DNA of 60,077 bases from Gammaproteobacteria bacterium (lineage in GTDB: Bacteria; Pseudomonadota; Gammaproteobacteria; Natronospirales; REEB76): assembly GCA_035465695.1 (NCBI GenBank), contig DATIVR010000123.1, positions 1-60,077 on the forward strand, given 5' to 3'. The notes under the pieces are model-generated. The model had not been told where the DNA came from. It did no database searches and saw nothing but the letters and a program-made list of their open reading frames with translations. Each line of letters begins with the position of its first letter. Within the stretch, counting starts at the first letter, position 1. Positions 30,786 to 39,919 of the stretch are shown piece after piece. The translations under genes and the position numbers were made by a program.

Positions 30786-31565
30786 TCAGCCGCTACTGGG
30801 CGGATTGCGCCGGTACCCGCGTGCGGCCAGTGCCAGGAACGCCGCGGTGAACGCGGCCAGAGCACCCACATGCGGCAGCAACGAGTCCTGGGACACTCCG
30901 GCCGCGCCGTAGGCGAGCTTGCCCAGGTGATAGGCGGGCAGCAGCGTCGCGAGCTGCTGGATGAACTTCGGCAAGAACTGCAGGGGCATCCACAGGCCCG
31001 AAAGGAAGGACATGGGCAGATAGATGGCGTTGACCATGGCCGACGCCGACGCGGGCTTCACCCAGGCTCCGACTGCCAGGCCCAGGGCACAGAACGGCAC
31101 GCTACCGAGGACCAGGGTCACGAAGAGCTGTAGCCACTGACCTGGCTGCAGATGCACATGTGCCAGGAAGGCCGCCATGGCGAAGAGGAGTGCTGTCACC
31201 AGGCAGCCGAACAACATGGCCATGGCCACCTTGGCCAGCAAGTAAGCAAGGGGCGGCATCGGGGTGGCGCGTTTCAGTTGCAGCCAGCCCAAGCCCCGGT
31301 CGATGGCGAAGCCGGTGCCGAAACCGAACAGGCCGGGCCCCATGACGCCGAAGCTGCCCAGTCCGGCCAGCGCGTAGATGGACTGTTCCATCCCGTGTTC
31401 CCCCTTGGCCAGCATCACGCCGAAGAAGGCGTAGAACATGACCGGGAAGGCCAACATGGGGATCACCGCGCCGGGAGTCCGCCACATGCGCAGGAACTCG
31501 GAACGGGATTCCAACAGGCAGATGCGGGCGTTCGAAGCGGTAAGACGGGCGACGATGGCGTCCAC
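30786..31565 (-). CDS. ABC-2 type transporter permease
   Basis: 259 aa with six hydrophobic segments. The start abuts the ATPase stop. Confidence 0.7.
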   Translation of the reverse strand: MDAIVARLTASNARICLLESRSEFLRMWRTPGAVIPMLAFPVMFYAFFGVMLAKGEHGMEQSIYALAGLGSFGVMGPGLFGFGTGFAIDRGLGWLQLKRATPMPPLAYLLAKVAMAMLFGCLVTALLFAMAAFLAHVHLQPGQWLQLFVTLVLGSVPFCALGLAVGAWVKPASASAMVNAIYLPMSFLSGLWMPLQFLPKFIQQLATLLPAYHLGKLAYGAAGVSQDSLLPHVGALAAFTAAFLALAARGYRRNPPSSG

Positions 31566-32474
31566 TTAGGCGGCCTCCTGTTGCGGCTGCCGGGTGAGGG
31601 CCAGGAAGGCCTGTTCGAGGCCGGCTCCCGTCACTTCGAGATCGCTCAGTTCGGGATCCTGCAGGAACATCTCGCGCAGCACCGGCTCGGCACGGGCCGC
31701 CAATATCTCCAGCGCCGCGCCATGGCGCGCCACTTCCTTGACGTCCGGTAACTGCGCCACGCTCTCTGCGCTGATGCGGGTCACGCAGCGGATGCGCCTT
31801 CCAGCGCTGCCCGCCTTGATCTCGGCAGGGGTGCCGGCGACCACCAGCCTGCCTTTGCCCACCACCACGATGCGATCGGCCAGTGCGTCCGCTTCTTCAA
31901 GATAATGCGTGGTCAGCAACACACTGGTGCCGCGTGCTACCCGGGCGCGGATCACGTCCCACATCAGGCGGCGCGCTTCCACGTCCAGAGCCACGGTGGG
32001 CTCGTCCAGGAACAGGACTTCCGGATCTCCACACAGGGCCAAGGCGAACTTGAGGCGCTGCTGTTGGCCGCCCGAGAGCTTGCCATAGCGGCGGTCCGCC
32101 ACCTCGGTGAGGCCGGCCAGTTCCAGGCTCTCCGCCACCGGCAGCGGCTTCGGGTAGTAGCTGGAGAAGAGGGTGATGTGTTCACGCACCGTGATCGGTT
32201 CCGGCAGGCGTGACACCTGCAGCATCACGCCGCAGCGCTGCCGTACCAGGCGCGCGGTAGGCGCCATGTCGAAGAGCGATACCCTGCCAGCATCGGGTTC
32301 GACGAGACCCAACATCAGCGCGATGCTGGTGGTCTTTCCGGCGCCGTTCGGACCCAACACTGCCAGCACTTCCCCGCGCCGGACTTCGAGGTCCAGGCCG
32401 TCCAGCGCCTGCACGGAGCCGTAACGCTTGCTGACTCCTTCGAGACGGGCGATCACCGATCGGTCTTGGGACAT
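31566..32474 (-). CDS. ABC transporter ATP-binding protein
   Basis: From ATG 32474 (MSQDRSVIARLEGVSKRYG), with GAGGG upstream. Walker [10 protein letters not shown], signature LSGGQQQR, Walker B LFLDEPT. Confidence 0.9.
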   Translation of the reverse strand: MSQDRSVIARLEGVSKRYGSVQALDGLDLEVRRGEVLAVLGPNGAGKTTSIALMLGLVEPDAGRVSLFDMAPTARLVRQRCGVMLQVSRLPEPITVREHITLFSSYYPKPLPVAESLELAGLTEVADRRYGKLSGGQQQRLKFALALCGDPEVLFLDEPTVALDVEARRLMWDVIRARVARGTSVLLTTHYLEEADALADRIVVVGKGRLVVAGTPAEIKAGSAGRRIRCVTRISAESVAQLPDVKEVARHGAALEILAARAEPVLREMFLQDPELSDLEVTGAGLEQAFLALTRQPQQEAA

Positions 32475-32622
32475 GCCGGAACCCTCTTGTTCTACTGCCA
32501 GATAGCTTGGTATTCCGCGCCCGCCCGGGATAGTCGGTTCCGTCAGCACTTGGCGGTGACATTCGTCACGGGGCCCTATAGGCTCATGCCTTCCCGAATG
32601 CCGGTCCAAGGGAGGCCAGGGG

Positions 32623-35004
32623 ATGGGACGTCTGCTGCGATGGGGCGGGGCGATCGTCTGCCTGGCGCTGGTGCTGGTCTTGCTCGCCTATGGGTTCCTG
32701 CGGGGCGGTGCACCACGCCTGGATGGCGAGGTGGCGCTCAAGGGACTCTCCGCGCCGGTGCAAGTCACCCGGGATGCCTTGGGGGTGCCCAGCATCAAGG
32801 CCAGCAGCCGGCTGGACGCGATACGCGCCCTCGGCTTCCTGCATGCCCAGGACCGCTTCTTCCAGATGGACCTCATGCGCCGCCTCGCCGCCGGCGAACT
32901 CTCAGAGCTGGTGGGTCCCGTGGCGGTGGATTTTGATGAGCGCCACCGGCTGTTCCGGCTGCGCGCCGTGGCCCGACAAGTCCTGACGGAAGCCACCCCC
33001 ACCCAGCGCGCCGCCATCGTGGCCTATACCGAGGGCGTCAATGCCGGGCTCAAGGCCTTGGGAACCTGGCCTTTCGAGTATGGGCTGCTCATGCGCCGGC
33101 CCAGACCCTGGGCACCGGAGGACTGCATCCTCGTCATCGATGCCATGTATTTCGATCTGCAGAGCGCCGAGGACCGGCGTGAGTCGCAGCTGGCCCTGAT
33201 GCGGGAGACCTTGCCGCCGGCGCTATTCCGTTTCCTCTCGGCGCCGGGTACCCAATGGGACGCACCCATCGTGGGCAAGCCGATGGAGACGCCGCCCTTC
33301 CCCGGTGCGGACGTCGTCGACCTGCGCAAGCGGCCTTCCGTCATGGCATCCACTACGGTCGAGACCGTTGACGCAGGATTCGCGGATATTGGCAGTAATA
33401 ATTGGGCGGTAAGCAAGGAGCACGGCATCGGAGGTCGCGCCTTGCTTGCCAACGACATGCATCTCGGCATCAAGGTCCCCAACACCTGGTATCGGGCGCA
33501 GTGGACCTACCGCGACGATTCCATGCCGGAGCGAAGCGTAACGCTTACCGGCGCCACGCTCCCCGGTGTGCCGGCCATGGTGGTGGGCAGTAACGGCCAC
33601 GTGGCATGGGGTTTCACCAACAGCTATGGCGACTGGAGCGACCTGGTGTTGCTCCGCATCAATCCATCCGACTCCGATGAATACCGGACGGCTGAAGGCT
33701 GGAGGCACTTCGAGCATCATCGGGAACTCATACGGGTGAAAGGCGGCAAGGACGTCACGTTCGAGGTGCGTGACACCCTCTGGGGTCCGGTTCTGGACCA
33801 GGATCACGACGGCACCTGGCGTGCGGTGCACTGGATGGGGGCCCAAGCGGATGGCACGAACCTGGAACTGGGCGACATGGACCATGCCCGCAACATCCAG
33901 GAATCCATGGCCGTCGCCAATCGGGCCGGCATGCCCGAACAGAACTTCATGACCGCCGACGCGGACGGCCATATCGCCTGGACCATCGCCGGCCGCATCC
34001 CCGTGCGTCACGGCTACGATCCGCAGGTGCCGTCCTACTGGGATAAGCCTGACACCGGCTGGACGGGCTGGTTGCCGCCCGAGAAATACCCACGGGTGGT
34101 GGATCCCGCGGACGGGCGCCTCTGGACCGCCAATGCCAGGGTGGTGGAGGGGCCGATGCTTGCCTTGATCGGCGATGGCGGGTACGACCTGGGAGCCCGC
34201 GCCGGACAGATCCGCGACGACCTGCATAAACAGGAGCAATTCGCGCCCAAGGATTTCCTGGCCATCCAACTGGATGACCAAGCGAGGTTCCTGGCGCGCT
34301 GGCGGTCCTTGCTGCTGCGTTTCCTCACGCCGCAGCGCCTGCTGAACCATCCCGAGCGTATCGCCTTCCGTGATGCTCTGGAGCGATGGGATGACCGTGC
34401 CGCCGTGGATTCGGTGGCGTACCGGCTGGTACGGGAGTTCCGCGGCGAAGTGGAGGATCTGGCGTTGGCGCCATTGTTTGCGCCTTGTAAGCAAGCGGAT
34501 CCGAAGTTCGACTTCCACTCCCTCTCGCAGCTGGAAGGTCCGCTGTGGGCGCTGGTGAACCAGCAACCCGGCAACCTGCTGGACCCTGCCTACAAGACCT
34601 GGGATGTGCTGATGCTGAGAGCCCTGGATCGGGTCACCGCGCGCATGGCGGCGGACAAGAGCCCTGCCGGTTACACCTGGGGCGAACGCAATACCGTGCG
34701 CCTGCGCCATCCCCTGAGCGCGGCGCTGCCGTTCCTGTCACGGTTCCTGGACATGGCGCCGGTAGAATTGCCGGGCGACAGCAACATGCCGCGGGTGCAA
34801 GGCGTGGATTTCGGCGCTTCCGAGCGCATGGTGGTGTCGCCGGGACATGAGGAAGATGGCATCTTCGAGATGCCTACCGGACAGAGCGGCTGGCCGCTGT
34901 CGCCCTTCTACAGGAACAGTGAGCCCGCATGGGAGAGGGGAGATGCAACCCCATTCCTGCCGGGCCAAGCCCAGTACATGTTGGTCTTAAAGCCGAAGGA
35001 CTAG
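32623..35004 (+). CDS. penicillin acylase family Ntn-hydrolase (possible acyl-homoserine-lactone acylase)
   Basis: 793 aa with an N-terminal TM/signal. The GSNNWAV motif is at the expected alpha/beta processing site. GGGAGG lies 8 nt upstream. Confidence 0.8.
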   Translation: MGRLLRWGGAIVCLALVLVLLAYGFLRGGAPRLDGEVALKGLSAPVQVTRDALGVPSIKASSRLDAIRALGFLHAQDRFFQMDLMRRLAAGELSELVGPVAVDFDERHRLFRLRAVARQVLTEATPTQRAAIVAYTEGVNAGLKALGTWPFEYGLLMRRPRPWAPEDCILVIDAMYFDLQSAEDRRESQLALMRETLPPALFRFLSAPGTQWDAPIVGKPMETPPFPGADVVDLRKRPSVMASTTVETVDAGFADIGSNNWAVSKEHGIGGRALLANDMHLGIKVPNTWYRAQWTYRDDSMPERSVTLTGATLPGVPAMVVGSNGHVAWGFTNSYGDWSDLVLLRINPSDSDEYRTAEGWRHFEHHRELIRVKGGKDVTFEVRDTLWGPVLDQDHDGTWRAVHWMGAQADGTNLELGDMDHARNIQESMAVANRAGMPEQNFMTADADGHIAWTIAGRIPVRHGYDPQVPSYWDKPDTGWTGWLPPEKYPRVVDPADGRLWTANARVVEGPMLALIGDGGYDLGARAGQIRDDLHKQEQFAPKDFLAIQLDDQARFLARWRSLLLRFLTPQRLLNHPERIAFRDALERWDDRAAVDSVAYRLVREFRGEVEDLALAPLFAPCKQADPKFDFHSLSQLEGPLWALVNQQPGNLLDPAYKTWDVLMLRALDRVTARMAADKSPAGYTWGERNTVRLRHPLSAALPFLSRFLDMAPVELPGDSNMPRVQGVDFGASERMVVSPGHEEDGIFEMPTGQSGWPLSPFYRNSEPAWERGDATPFLPGQAQYMLVLKPKD

Positions 35005-35705
35005 GCAGAGGAACCGGTCCCGGTCATCTGTACCGGCACGGGTTGGGGGTTAACCAGGGATCGGCTTTCCAGCCATTCGATCAGCGGCGCCCACTCATGC
35101 TTCTCTTCGCGGACGTTGTGATCCTTGAGCTCATGCACGCTCAGGCCCTTCGCCGCCGCATGCAGATAGTTCTGGGTATCGCGGAAGGTGGCGATGAAGG
35201 GGATCTCCAGGCTGCCCAGGAAGCGCTTCAAGGTCTCGTACATATGCGCTTGTTTCTTCACCCGGTTCGCCACCACGGCGACGCGCTCCTGGCGATTCTC
35301 GATGCGTCCGGTGAGCAGGAGTTCGGCGACACAGCGGGATGCGGCATGGATATCGATGTCCGAAGGCAATACCGGGATGATCACCGCATGGGCGCCGCGT
35401 ATGGCGTCCTGTAGCCGCAGGCTGTCGATGGCCGCGGGAGTGTCCACCACCAGCCGCTCCACGTTCGGCGGCACGCGCAGCTGGAAACTGCGGGTCACGC
35501 GGCCGTTCTTCTCCGCGCCGTTCAGTCCCAGGATGGCAGGTTTATGTCCACCGCGGTTCGCCAGCCAACGCAGGCTGGACCCCTGCGGGTCCATGTCCAG
35601 CAGAGCGGTATTGAAGCCCTTGAGGGCATAGTACCCAGCCAGGCTGGTGGAGAGCGTCGTCTTGCCGCAGCCGCCTTTGGTGTTCAGCACGGCGATCTTG
35701 AGCAT
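35001..35705 (-). CDS. ParA/MinD-family P-loop ATPase (orphan)
   Basis: Deviant Walker A KIAVLNTKGGCGKTT, MDPQGS, and Walker B-like LVVDTP. Start at ATG 35705; an upstream in-frame ATG at 35789 is possible. Confidence 0.75.
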   Translation of the reverse strand: MLKIAVLNTKGGCGKTTLSTSLAGYYALKGFNTALLDMDPQGSSLRWLANRGGHKPAILGLNGAEKNGRVTRSFQLRVPPNVERLVVDTPAAIDSLRLQDAIRGAHAVIIPVLPSDIDIHAASRCVAELLLTGRIENRQERVAVVANRVKKQAHMYETLKRFLGSLEIPFIATFRDTQNYLHAAAKGLSVHELKDHNVREEKHEWAPLIEWLESRSLVNPQPVPVQMTGTGSSA

Positions 35706-36005
35706 GGGACGGATGATCCGGGGAGGGAGCGTGGGATCATCGGCGGCGTCCGCGACGTCCGGCCGTTGCCACAAGTTCAGGTTCAGCATGTGCGTCGTCC
35801 CCGATCCCTCGTGCCCAAGCTGTCCCCCGACAGCAACCTAAGCTTCAAATCCCAAGCCTAGGGCCTTGAATGACATTGATTTTAGTCCCCTATACGCCAA
35901 GGTCCAGCCCATTTAACCTATGGGAAAGGGGGGAGGTCATGAAGATCTGTCGCAGCGTTGCAGGGGAGGCCGCGGCCCGCTTGGGGACCGCCGCCATAAC
36001 CGCCC

Positions 36006-37181
36006 ATGGCAGCCATTAATCACCGTCCAAAGGTCGGCTTGGTGCTGCCTGGCGGCGGCGCCCGGGCCGCATACCAAGTAGGCGTACTTAAAGGCCTGGC
36101 GGAGATGCTGCCTCAAGACACGCCGCTTCCGTTCCCGGTGATCTCCGGCACCTCCGCCGGCGCCATCAATGCCGCGCTCATCGCCTGCCATGCCCAGGAC
36201 TTCCGCCACGGCGTGGCCTATCTGGACCATGTCTGGCGCGAGATAAGCAGCGAGAAAGTATTCAAGATCGGCGCGTGGAACGCCCTGAAGACCGGTGCCC
36301 GCTGGATCGGCACGATCCTGTCGGGCGGCATGGACCGTCACAAGCCCATCTCCCTGCTGGACAACGCGCCGCTACGGGACCTGCTCCAGGAACACATCCC
36401 CTTCGACCGGCTGGAAGAGGGCATCGACGCCGGCGCGCTGGACGCCCTGGCGATCACCGCCTCCGGCTACACCTCGGCCCGTTCCATCTCCTTCTACCAG
36501 GGCAAGCGCGGCCTTGATCCCTGGCATCGCACCCGCCGGCTCGGCCAACCGGTGGAGATCACCCTCGACCATGTGATGGCCTCAGTGGCCTTGCCGGTGA
36601 TCTTCCCCGCGGTACGCATCGGCCGCGAGTTCTTCGGCGACGGCTCCATGCGCCAATCAGCCCCCTTGAGTCCGGTGGTGCACCTGGGTGCGGACCGGGT
36701 GCTGGTGATCGCGCTGCGCAACGAGCAACCCAACCGGCTGCCGCTGGAAGAAGAGCAGGTCCCGTATCCGTCTCTGGGTCAGGTGGCCGGCTATCTCCTG
36801 GACACGCTGTTCATGGACAGCATCTACGGCGACCTCGAGCGCCTGCAGCGCATCAACAACACCGTGAGCCGGATCCCCGGCCAGAGCGACGGCCAGCCGC
36901 TCAAGATGATCGATACGCTGGTGATCACGCCCAGCGAGGATATCCGCGACATCGCCCAACGTCACAAACGCGAATTTCCGGCGAGTGTGCGCTTCCTGCT
37001 GCGCGGTGTGGGTGGCCTGAACCGTAGCGGCAGCCAACTGCTCAGCTATCTCCTGTTTGAGGGCAAGTACTGCCGCGACCTCATCGACCTGGGCGTGCGC
37101 GACGCCCAGACCCAACGCGACAAGCTGCTCCCCTTCCTGCAGGGCGACTGGATAGAGCAGAAGCTGCCCCTGGACGCCTGA
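36006..37181 (+). CDS. patatin-like phospholipase
   Basis: Oxyanion motif LPGGGARAAYQVGVL, nucleophile elbow GTSAGA, and the catalytic Asp context FFGDGS. Confidence 0.85.
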   Translation: MAAINHRPKVGLVLPGGGARAAYQVGVLKGLAEMLPQDTPLPFPVISGTSAGAINAALIACHAQDFRHGVAYLDHVWREISSEKVFKIGAWNALKTGARWIGTILSGGMDRHKPISLLDNAPLRDLLQEHIPFDRLEEGIDAGALDALAITASGYTSARSISFYQGKRGLDPWHRTRRLGQPVEITLDHVMASVALPVIFPAVRIGREFFGDGSMRQSAPLSPVVHLGADRVLVIALRNEQPNRLPLEEEQVPYPSLGQVAGYLLDTLFMDSIYGDLERLQRINNTVSRIPGQSDGQPLKMIDTLVITPSEDIRDIAQRHKREFPASVRFLLRGVGGLNRSGSQLLSYLLFEGKYCRDLIDLGVRDAQTQRDKLLPFLQGDWIEQKLPLDA

Positions 37182-37182
37182 G

Positions 37183-38040
37183 TCACTTCAGGCCGTTGTG
37201 CCTCGTCAGCACTTCACGGCCTTGCTGCTTGAAATGCTCCGTCAGCCGTTCCACCACGTAGACCGAGCGATGATAGCCGCCGGTGCAGCCGACGGAGATC
37301 GTCAGGTACTGTCGGTTGGACGACTCGAACTTGGGGATCCAGAAATCCAGGAGACCTTGGATATCCGTGACGAAATGCTGCACCAGCTCCTGTCTCTCCA
37401 GGTATTTCATCACCGCCGAATCTTTCCCTGAGAGGTTGCGCAAGGACGGTTCCCAGTAGGGATTGGGCAGTCCACGCGCATCGAATACGAAGTCCGAATC
37501 GCCCGGGATGCCGTGGCGGAAGCCGAAGGACTGGAACAGCAGCGATAGCGCGATGCGATCCTCGCGGTGGATGCGCTCCCGCACCAGCTCACGCAGTTCG
37601 TGTACCGAGGTGCGGGAGCTGTCCAGCACCATGTCAGCCTCGTCCGCCAGGGGAGCCAGCAACTCCCGCTCGGCGGCGATGGCATCCTTGAGCGCGCGCC
37701 CATCGCCCGCCAGGGGGTGGGGGCGATGGCTCTCGCTATACCGCTTCAACAGCACCGCATCCTCGGCGTAGAGGAACACGATCTCGCACTCGATGCCGTC
37801 TGCCTTCAGTTTCTTGACAGTCTGCGGCACCGCCCGGATGTCCTCGATGCGATTGCGCGCGTCGATGCCCACCGCCATGCGGTCGTAGGCCGGGTCGCCC
37901 GTGAGCAAGGTCTCGCGGACGAAGCTCTGCAGGTGGCCCGCCGGGATGTTGTCCACGCAGTAGTACCCGAGATCCTCCAGCATGTGGAGAGCCACGGACT
38001 TGCCGGAGCCGGAGAGGCCGCTGAGTATCACGAGACGCAT
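37183..38040 (-). CDS. rapZ: RNase adapter protein RapZ
   Basis: 285 aa (MRLVILSGLSGSGKSVALHMLEDLGYYCVDNIP ... GCTGGYHRSV). Confidence 0.9.
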   Translation of the reverse strand: MRLVILSGLSGSGKSVALHMLEDLGYYCVDNIPAGHLQSFVRETLLTGDPAYDRMAVGIDARNRIEDIRAVPQTVKKLKADGIECEIVFLYAEDAVLLKRYSESHRPHPLAGDGRALKDAIAAERELLAPLADEADMVLDSSRTSVHELRELVRERIHREDRIALSLLFQSFGFRHGIPGDSDFVFDARGLPNPYWEPSLRNLSGKDSAVMKYLERQELVQHFVTDIQGLLDFWIPKFESSNRQYLTISVGCTGGYHRSVYVVERLTEHFKQQGREVLTRHNGLK

Positions 38041-38081
38041 GGTCTGATTCTATACACTTTCCGGGGTTCCCGCCCCCGGAC

Positions 38082-38110
38082 AAAAAAGCGGCGCAGGTCG
38101 CTGCGCCGCC
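38082..38110 (-). terminator. rho-independent terminator after hpf
   Basis: Minus strand: GCGGCGCAG-CGAC-CTGCGCCGC, a 9-bp perfect stem, followed by TTTTTTG. Confidence 0.75.
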
Positions 38111-38137
38111 AATTCCAACGTCAGGGAAAACTCGGGA

Positions 38138-38458
38138 TCAGGCCGTGGCCGTCCGCACGCTCTCGCGATCGCCGTGGCCCGACAATTTCTCCTTATGCCG
38201 CTTCACCTGCCGGTCGAGCTTGTCGACCAGGCAATCGATGGCGGCGTACATGTCCTGGTCCACCGCGTCGGCGAACAGCTTGGCGCGGCTCACGTTGAGC
38301 GTCGCCTCGGCGCGGTGTTCGAGTTTGGAGACCGTGAGCACCACGTGGATGCCGGTCATGTGATCGAAGTGCCGTTCCAGCCTTTCGAACTTGTTCTTCA
38401 CGTAGTTGCGGAGCGTGTCGTTGATCTCTACATGATGTCCCGTCAAATCTAGATTCAT
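38138..38458 (-). CDS. hpf: ribosome hibernation promoting factor
   Basis: 106 aa (LTGHHVEINDTLRNYVKNKFERLERHFD). Confidence 0.9.
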   Translation of the reverse strand: MNLDLTGHHVEINDTLRNYVKNKFERLERHFDHMTGIHVVLTVSKLEHRAEATLNVSRAKLFADAVDQDMYAAIDCLVDKLDRQVKRHKEKLSGHGDRESVRTATA

Positions 38459-38500
38459 GATCTGTCTCCTCTTCGCTTTTACGCTTCGTCGTATGCGGGT

Positions 38501-39919
38501 TCACCCGTGGTCGGACCGCCGGCGCTCGTGGGCGGGCGGGATGGTCATGGCTTCGCGGTACTTGGCCACCGTGCGGCGAGCCACCTGCACCCCGCGGCTC
38601 GAGAGCGCCTGGGTGATGTGGTTGTCGCTGAGCGGGCTGCGCGGATCTTCCTGTGCCACCAGCTTGCGGATCATGGCGCGGATCGCGGTGGCGGAATAGG
38701 CGCCGCCTTCGGCCGGCAGCTCACCCGAGAAGAAATGCCGGAACGCCACCGTGCCGCGTGGGGTGGCCATGTGTTTGTTGGCGACCACCCGTGACACCGT
38801 GGATTCATGCAACTCCAGCTCCTGGGCCAGGTCTTTCATGAGCAATGGTTGCATGGCCTCGTCACCACGCTCCAGGAATGCCGACTGCTTGCGCACGATG
38901 CTCTGAGCCACCCTGAGCAGGGTCTCATTACGCATGCGGATGCTGCGCACCAGCCAGCGCGCCTCCTGAAGTTGCTGGGCCAGGGAGCCGGGCATGGCCG
39001 CACTCGCGGGATCGCCGCGGCGCAGTGCCGCGGCATAGGCGGCATTGACACGCACCTTTGGCACCGCGTCCGGGTTGAGTTCCACTGTCCAGGTGCCGCT
39101 GCGGCGATTCACCAGCACGTCCGGCAGCACGTAGTCCACCGGATTGCCGGCGATGGCGACGCCAGGCCGGGGATTGAGGCGGAGGATGAGCTCCAGGGCC
39201 GCGTCCAGTTCCGGACGGCTGACGCCGAGCAGGCGGCGGAGGCGCTCGTGTTCGCGCGCCGCGACACTCTCGAGGTGGCTCGTCACCAGCGCGGTGGCGA
39301 GCGCATGGCCGGACGTCCCTTTGTCCGCTTGACGCAGCTGCAGGAGCAGACATTCCTTGAGGTCGCGGGCCGCAATCCCCGGCGGATCGAAGCCCTGGAT
39401 CCTATGCAGCACCGCGTACATCTCATCCGCTTCCGGGGCGGCGTCGCTGTCCGCCAGGGACAGGCGCACGTCCTCGAGGGGTTCCGTCAGGTAGCCGTCG
39501 TCATTGAGGACGTCGATGATGGCCGCGCCGATGGCCGCATCCCGGGCGCTCATGCGCGTCAGCTCCAGCTGCCAGAGCAGGTATTCCCGCAGGCTCTGGC
39601 CGCCACGCTCGGAAGGCTCGGGCATGGCCTCGTCGTCATCCCAGCTGTAATCGGAGGTGGCCGATCCTGCCACCGCGCTGTCCCAATCCACCTGGGGCTC
39701 GGCTGAGCGCACCGCGGCTTCCGTGGCGGGGCCCGGCAGGGGCGTGGGAGCGGTGTTCTCCTCCTCGTCGCCGCGCTCCAGCAATACGTTACCTTCGAGG
39801 GCTTCCCGTATCTTGACTGAGAGTTCCGCGGCCGAGAGTTGCAGCAATCCCAAGGCTTGGCGCAGTTCCGGGGTGAGACTGAGTCTTTGGCTCTGGCGCA
39901 GCGCGAGCGTGGGCTTCAA
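38501..39919 (-). CDS. rpoN: RNA polymerase sigma-54 factor
   Basis: 472 aa with a TTG start (an in-frame TGA lies 7 codons upstream). N-terminus MKPTLALRQSQRLSLTPELRQALGLLQLS and the RpoN box ARRTVAKYR. Confidence 0.95.
   Translation of the reverse strand: MKPTLALRQSQRLSLTPELRQALGLLQLSAAELSVKIREALEGNVLLERGDEEENTAPTPLPGPATEAAVRSAEPQVDWDSAVAGSATSDYSWDDDEAMPEPSERGGQSLREYLLWQLELTRMSARDAAIGAAIIDVLNDDGYLTEPLEDVRLSLADSDAAPEADEMYAVLHRIQGFDPPGIAARDLKECLLLQLRQADKGTSGHALATALVTSHLESVAAREHERLRRLLGVSRPELDAALELILRLNPRPGVAIAGNPVDYVLPDVLVNRRSGTWTVELNPDAVPKVRVNAAYAAALRRGDPASAAMPGSLAQQLQEARWLVRSIRMRNETLLRVAQSIVRKQSAFLERGDEAMQPLLMKDLAQELELHESTVSRVVANKHMATPRGTVAFRHFFSGELPAEGGAYSATAIRAMIRKLVAQEDPRSPLSDNHITQALSSRGVQVARRTVAKYREAMTIPPAHERRRSDHG

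Noticed and set aside
35001-37181. The patatin lipase plus ParA-like ATPase as an anti-phage (CBASS-like) module.
   Set aside because: There is no cyclase, sensor or other defence hallmark. The genes are divergent rather than operonic. The patatin protein looks like the common RssA/YchK-type housekeeping lipase.
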